64,000 nucleotides of DNA, from contig CAZHEH010000007.1 of the NCBI GenBank assembly GCA_964531695.1, forward strand, positions 34,121-98,120, written 5' to 3'. Source of the stretch: an uncultured Planctomycetaceae bacterium. Lineage in GTDB: Bacteria > Planctomycetota > Phycisphaerae > SM23-33. The position numbers and the translations under genes were made by a program. Of the stretch, positions 62,452-64,000 are shown in pieces. Below the pieces are notes generated by a model. The model was not told the origin of the DNA. It did no database searches and was given only the letters and a program-made list of their open reading frames with translations. Position 1 is the stretch's first letter. Each line of letters opens with the position of its first letter.

Positions 62452-64000
62452 CTAGCGGATCAGGTTCGTCAGCTCGCGGAGCATCTCGTTGCTGACTGTG
62501 ATGGTCCGGGCGTTGGCCTGGAAGGCATTCTGGGCCTGAATCAGGTTCACGAACTCCTGGGCGGTATCGACGTTGGAGCTTTCCAGCGAGCCGCCCTGGA
62601 CGGCGCCCGCCCCGCCGGACATGGCCTTGGTGGGCACGGCCTCTCCGGAGTTGGCCGACGGCTCGAAGTAGTTGTTGCCGATGGACAGCAGGCCCGCGGG
62701 GTTCTGGAACGTTGACAGCTTGATGGCCGCCAGGTCGCGCCGGGCGCCGTTGGTGAACACGCCCACCAACACGCCCTCGCGGGTCACGGACACGCTGGAC
62801 AGGTCGCCCGAGGCGTAGCCGTCCTGCCCGGACGGCGACACGGTGGACGAGCCGCCGAACTGGCTCAGCCCGTCGTATTGGCCGATCGTGCCGAGGTCGA
62901 CGCTCACCTCGACCTGGCTGTCCGGGTCGTGCCCGAACTTCATCTTGAAGCTCTGGGACTCGGGCGGGGTCGCCTCGGCCAGGCCGCCGAAGGCACCGTC
63001 GGCCAGGAAGGTGATGCCCTGGATCCGCCGGTCGACGAGCTCCACGTCGCCCGTGATGGACGTCAGCACCATGTCCCACTGGTTGGCGGTGTCCGTCTTG
63101 ACGAACGCGGCCGAGAGAATGTGGCTGATGCCCTGTGAATCGAAGATCTCGATATTGGTGTTCTTCACCTCCTGCCCGCCGGCGGTCATGACTTGCCAGT
63201 GATCGGGCAACTCCAGCGTCGCATCCGTGCCGCCGGAGAAGGCGATGTCCAGGTCCGCCTGGCTGTAGCCGGCCGAGTCGCCGACCAGCCGGATCTCGCC
63301 GTTGACCAGCGTCGCCGTCGAATCCTCGTACAGGGCGCTGATCTCGTCGAGCAGATCCTCCATGGTCTGGACCTCGTCGACTCCGGCCGCGGCGTCAACG
63401 ACGGTGAGCGCCTTGCTGACGGCATCGCCGTCCTCGTCGGTGCCCGTGATCGTGAGCGTGCCGCCGACGATGGTGCCGCCGACGTCCGTGACGGTGACCT
63501 GGTCGAGGTCCTTGATGACCGTGTCGCTGGCGGCGCTGGCGCCGTCGATGGTGTACTGCGTGCCCGACGTGATCGTGTGGGTCGTCGGCTCGGTCTGGTC
63601 GGCGGAGAGATTGCCGTTGTAAGAGACCGACTCGGTGGCCTTGGCCGGCAGGGCCACGTCGTAGGGAATGCGAATGGCGTCACTCGTGGCGACCTGGAAG
63701 CCCTCGGACACGCCCTCGGAACCGGTCCGCTGCACTCGGTAGCCGGTGCTCGGGTCGACGAGGTAGAATTCCGAATCCACCGCGAAGGTCCCGACGCGGG
63801 TGAAGACCTCCTGCGTGCCGTCGTGCAGGACGAAGTACCCGTTGCCCTCGATCGCCATGTCCAGCGGCTGGCCCGTGTTGATCATGCTGCCTTCGGACAT
63901 GTCGCGGTCGATGCTGCCGACCGTCACGCCCGAGCCGACCTGCTGGGGGTTCGTGCCGCCGACCGTCGAGGTCGGCTGCGACGCTTCCTTGGTCGTCTCG
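62452..64000 (-). CDS. flgE: Flagellar hook protein FlgE (C-terminal about 515 aa; the N-terminus lies beyond the window end)
   Basis: …GQPLDMAIEGNGYFV… and C-terminal …SNVDTAQEFVNLIQAQNAFQANARTITVSNEMLRELTNLIR. The reading frame is open to position 64000. Confidence 0.8.
   Translation of the reverse strand, partial: ETTKEASQPTSTVGGTNPQQVGSGVTVGSIDRDMSEGSMINTGQPLDMAIEGNGYFVLHDGTQEVFTRVGTFAVDSEFYLVDPSTGYRVQRTGSEGVSEGFQVATSDAIRIPYDVALPAKATESVSYNGNLSADQTEPTTHTITSGTQYTIDGASAASDTVIKDLDQVTVTDVGGTIVGGTLTITGTDEDGDAVSKALTVVDAAAGVDEVQTMEDLLDEISALYEDSTATLVNGEIRLVGDSAGYSQADLDIAFSGGTDATLELPDHWQVMTAGGQEVKNTNIEIFDSQGISHILSAAFVKTDTANQWDMVLTSITGDVELVDRRIQGITFLADGAFGGLAEATPPESQSFKMKFGHDPDSQVEVSVDLGTIGQYDGLSQFGGSSTVSPSGQDGYASGDLSSVSVTREGVLVGVFTNGARRDLAAIKLSTFQNPAGLLSIGNNYFEPSANSGEAVPTKAMSGGAGAVQGGSLESSNVDTAQEFVNLIQAQNAFQANARTITVSNEMLRELTNLIR

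Noticed and set aside
1-64000. Possible CRISPR arrays, rRNA or tRNA genes
   Set aside because: Visual scanning found no regularly spaced direct repeats and no rRNA-like conserved stretches. tRNA could not be excluded rigorously without tRNAscan-SE.

Overview
This is a high-GC (~70%) bacterial chromosomal segment. The gene content (sigma-54-driven flagellar genes, many TPR and lipoprotein genes) suggests a Planctomycetota-like organism, but that is inference only. I found no rRNA, tRNA or CRISPR array by eye. CDS starts were set by arithmetic from the ORF track plus motif and RBS inspection, so treat them as accurate to within a few nucleotides.

The two ends are flagellar basal-body and hook loci, both on the minus strand.
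- Left end (1-6359): fliF (partial), fliE, flgC, flgB, a sigma-54 enhancer-binding response regulator and two TPR proteins. A perfect sigma-54 promoter sits upstream.
- Right end (48450-64000): flgE (partial), a PilZ protein, flgF, flgG, flgA, flgH, flgI, a rod-binding FlgJ-like protein, flgN, flgK, flgL, two glycosyltransferase genes (GT1 with TPR, GT2) and a TPR gene. A second sigma-54 promoter lies upstream of the glycosyltransferase genes.

The middle of the window is accessory DNA.
- An ECF sigma / anti-sigma pair, a YmdB phosphoesterase and a Fic protein lie upstream of the main finding.
- The main finding is a ~14-kb phage-like morphogenesis module (12380-26096). It encodes a portal, a scaffold, a major capsid protein and ten tightly translationally coupled structural genes including a Gly-rich fibre-like protein. 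These are followed by small membrane and lipoprotein genes and a D12/Dam-like methyltransferase that has lost its DPPY catalytic segment. No terminase, integrase, protease or replication genes are present. GC content matches the host and every ORF is intact.
- A GH10 hydrolase gene and a uroporphyrinogen-decarboxylase-family (URO-D-like) gene lie between the phage-like module and the TA pair.
- A Doc/AbrB-type toxin-antitoxin pair (28931-29484).
- A low-GC island (about 32.2-35.4 kb) carrying an orphan Rhs C-terminal lipase-toxin module with a lipoprotein immunity candidate, and a degenerate REP/RAYT element.
- A znuABC operon with an unusual ribbon-helix-helix (RHH) + zinc-ribbon regulator.
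- A pdaD / deoxyhypusine-synthase-like / speB polyamine operon.
- Further housekeeping genes: cspA, nfnAB-like genes and a leuB-family gene.
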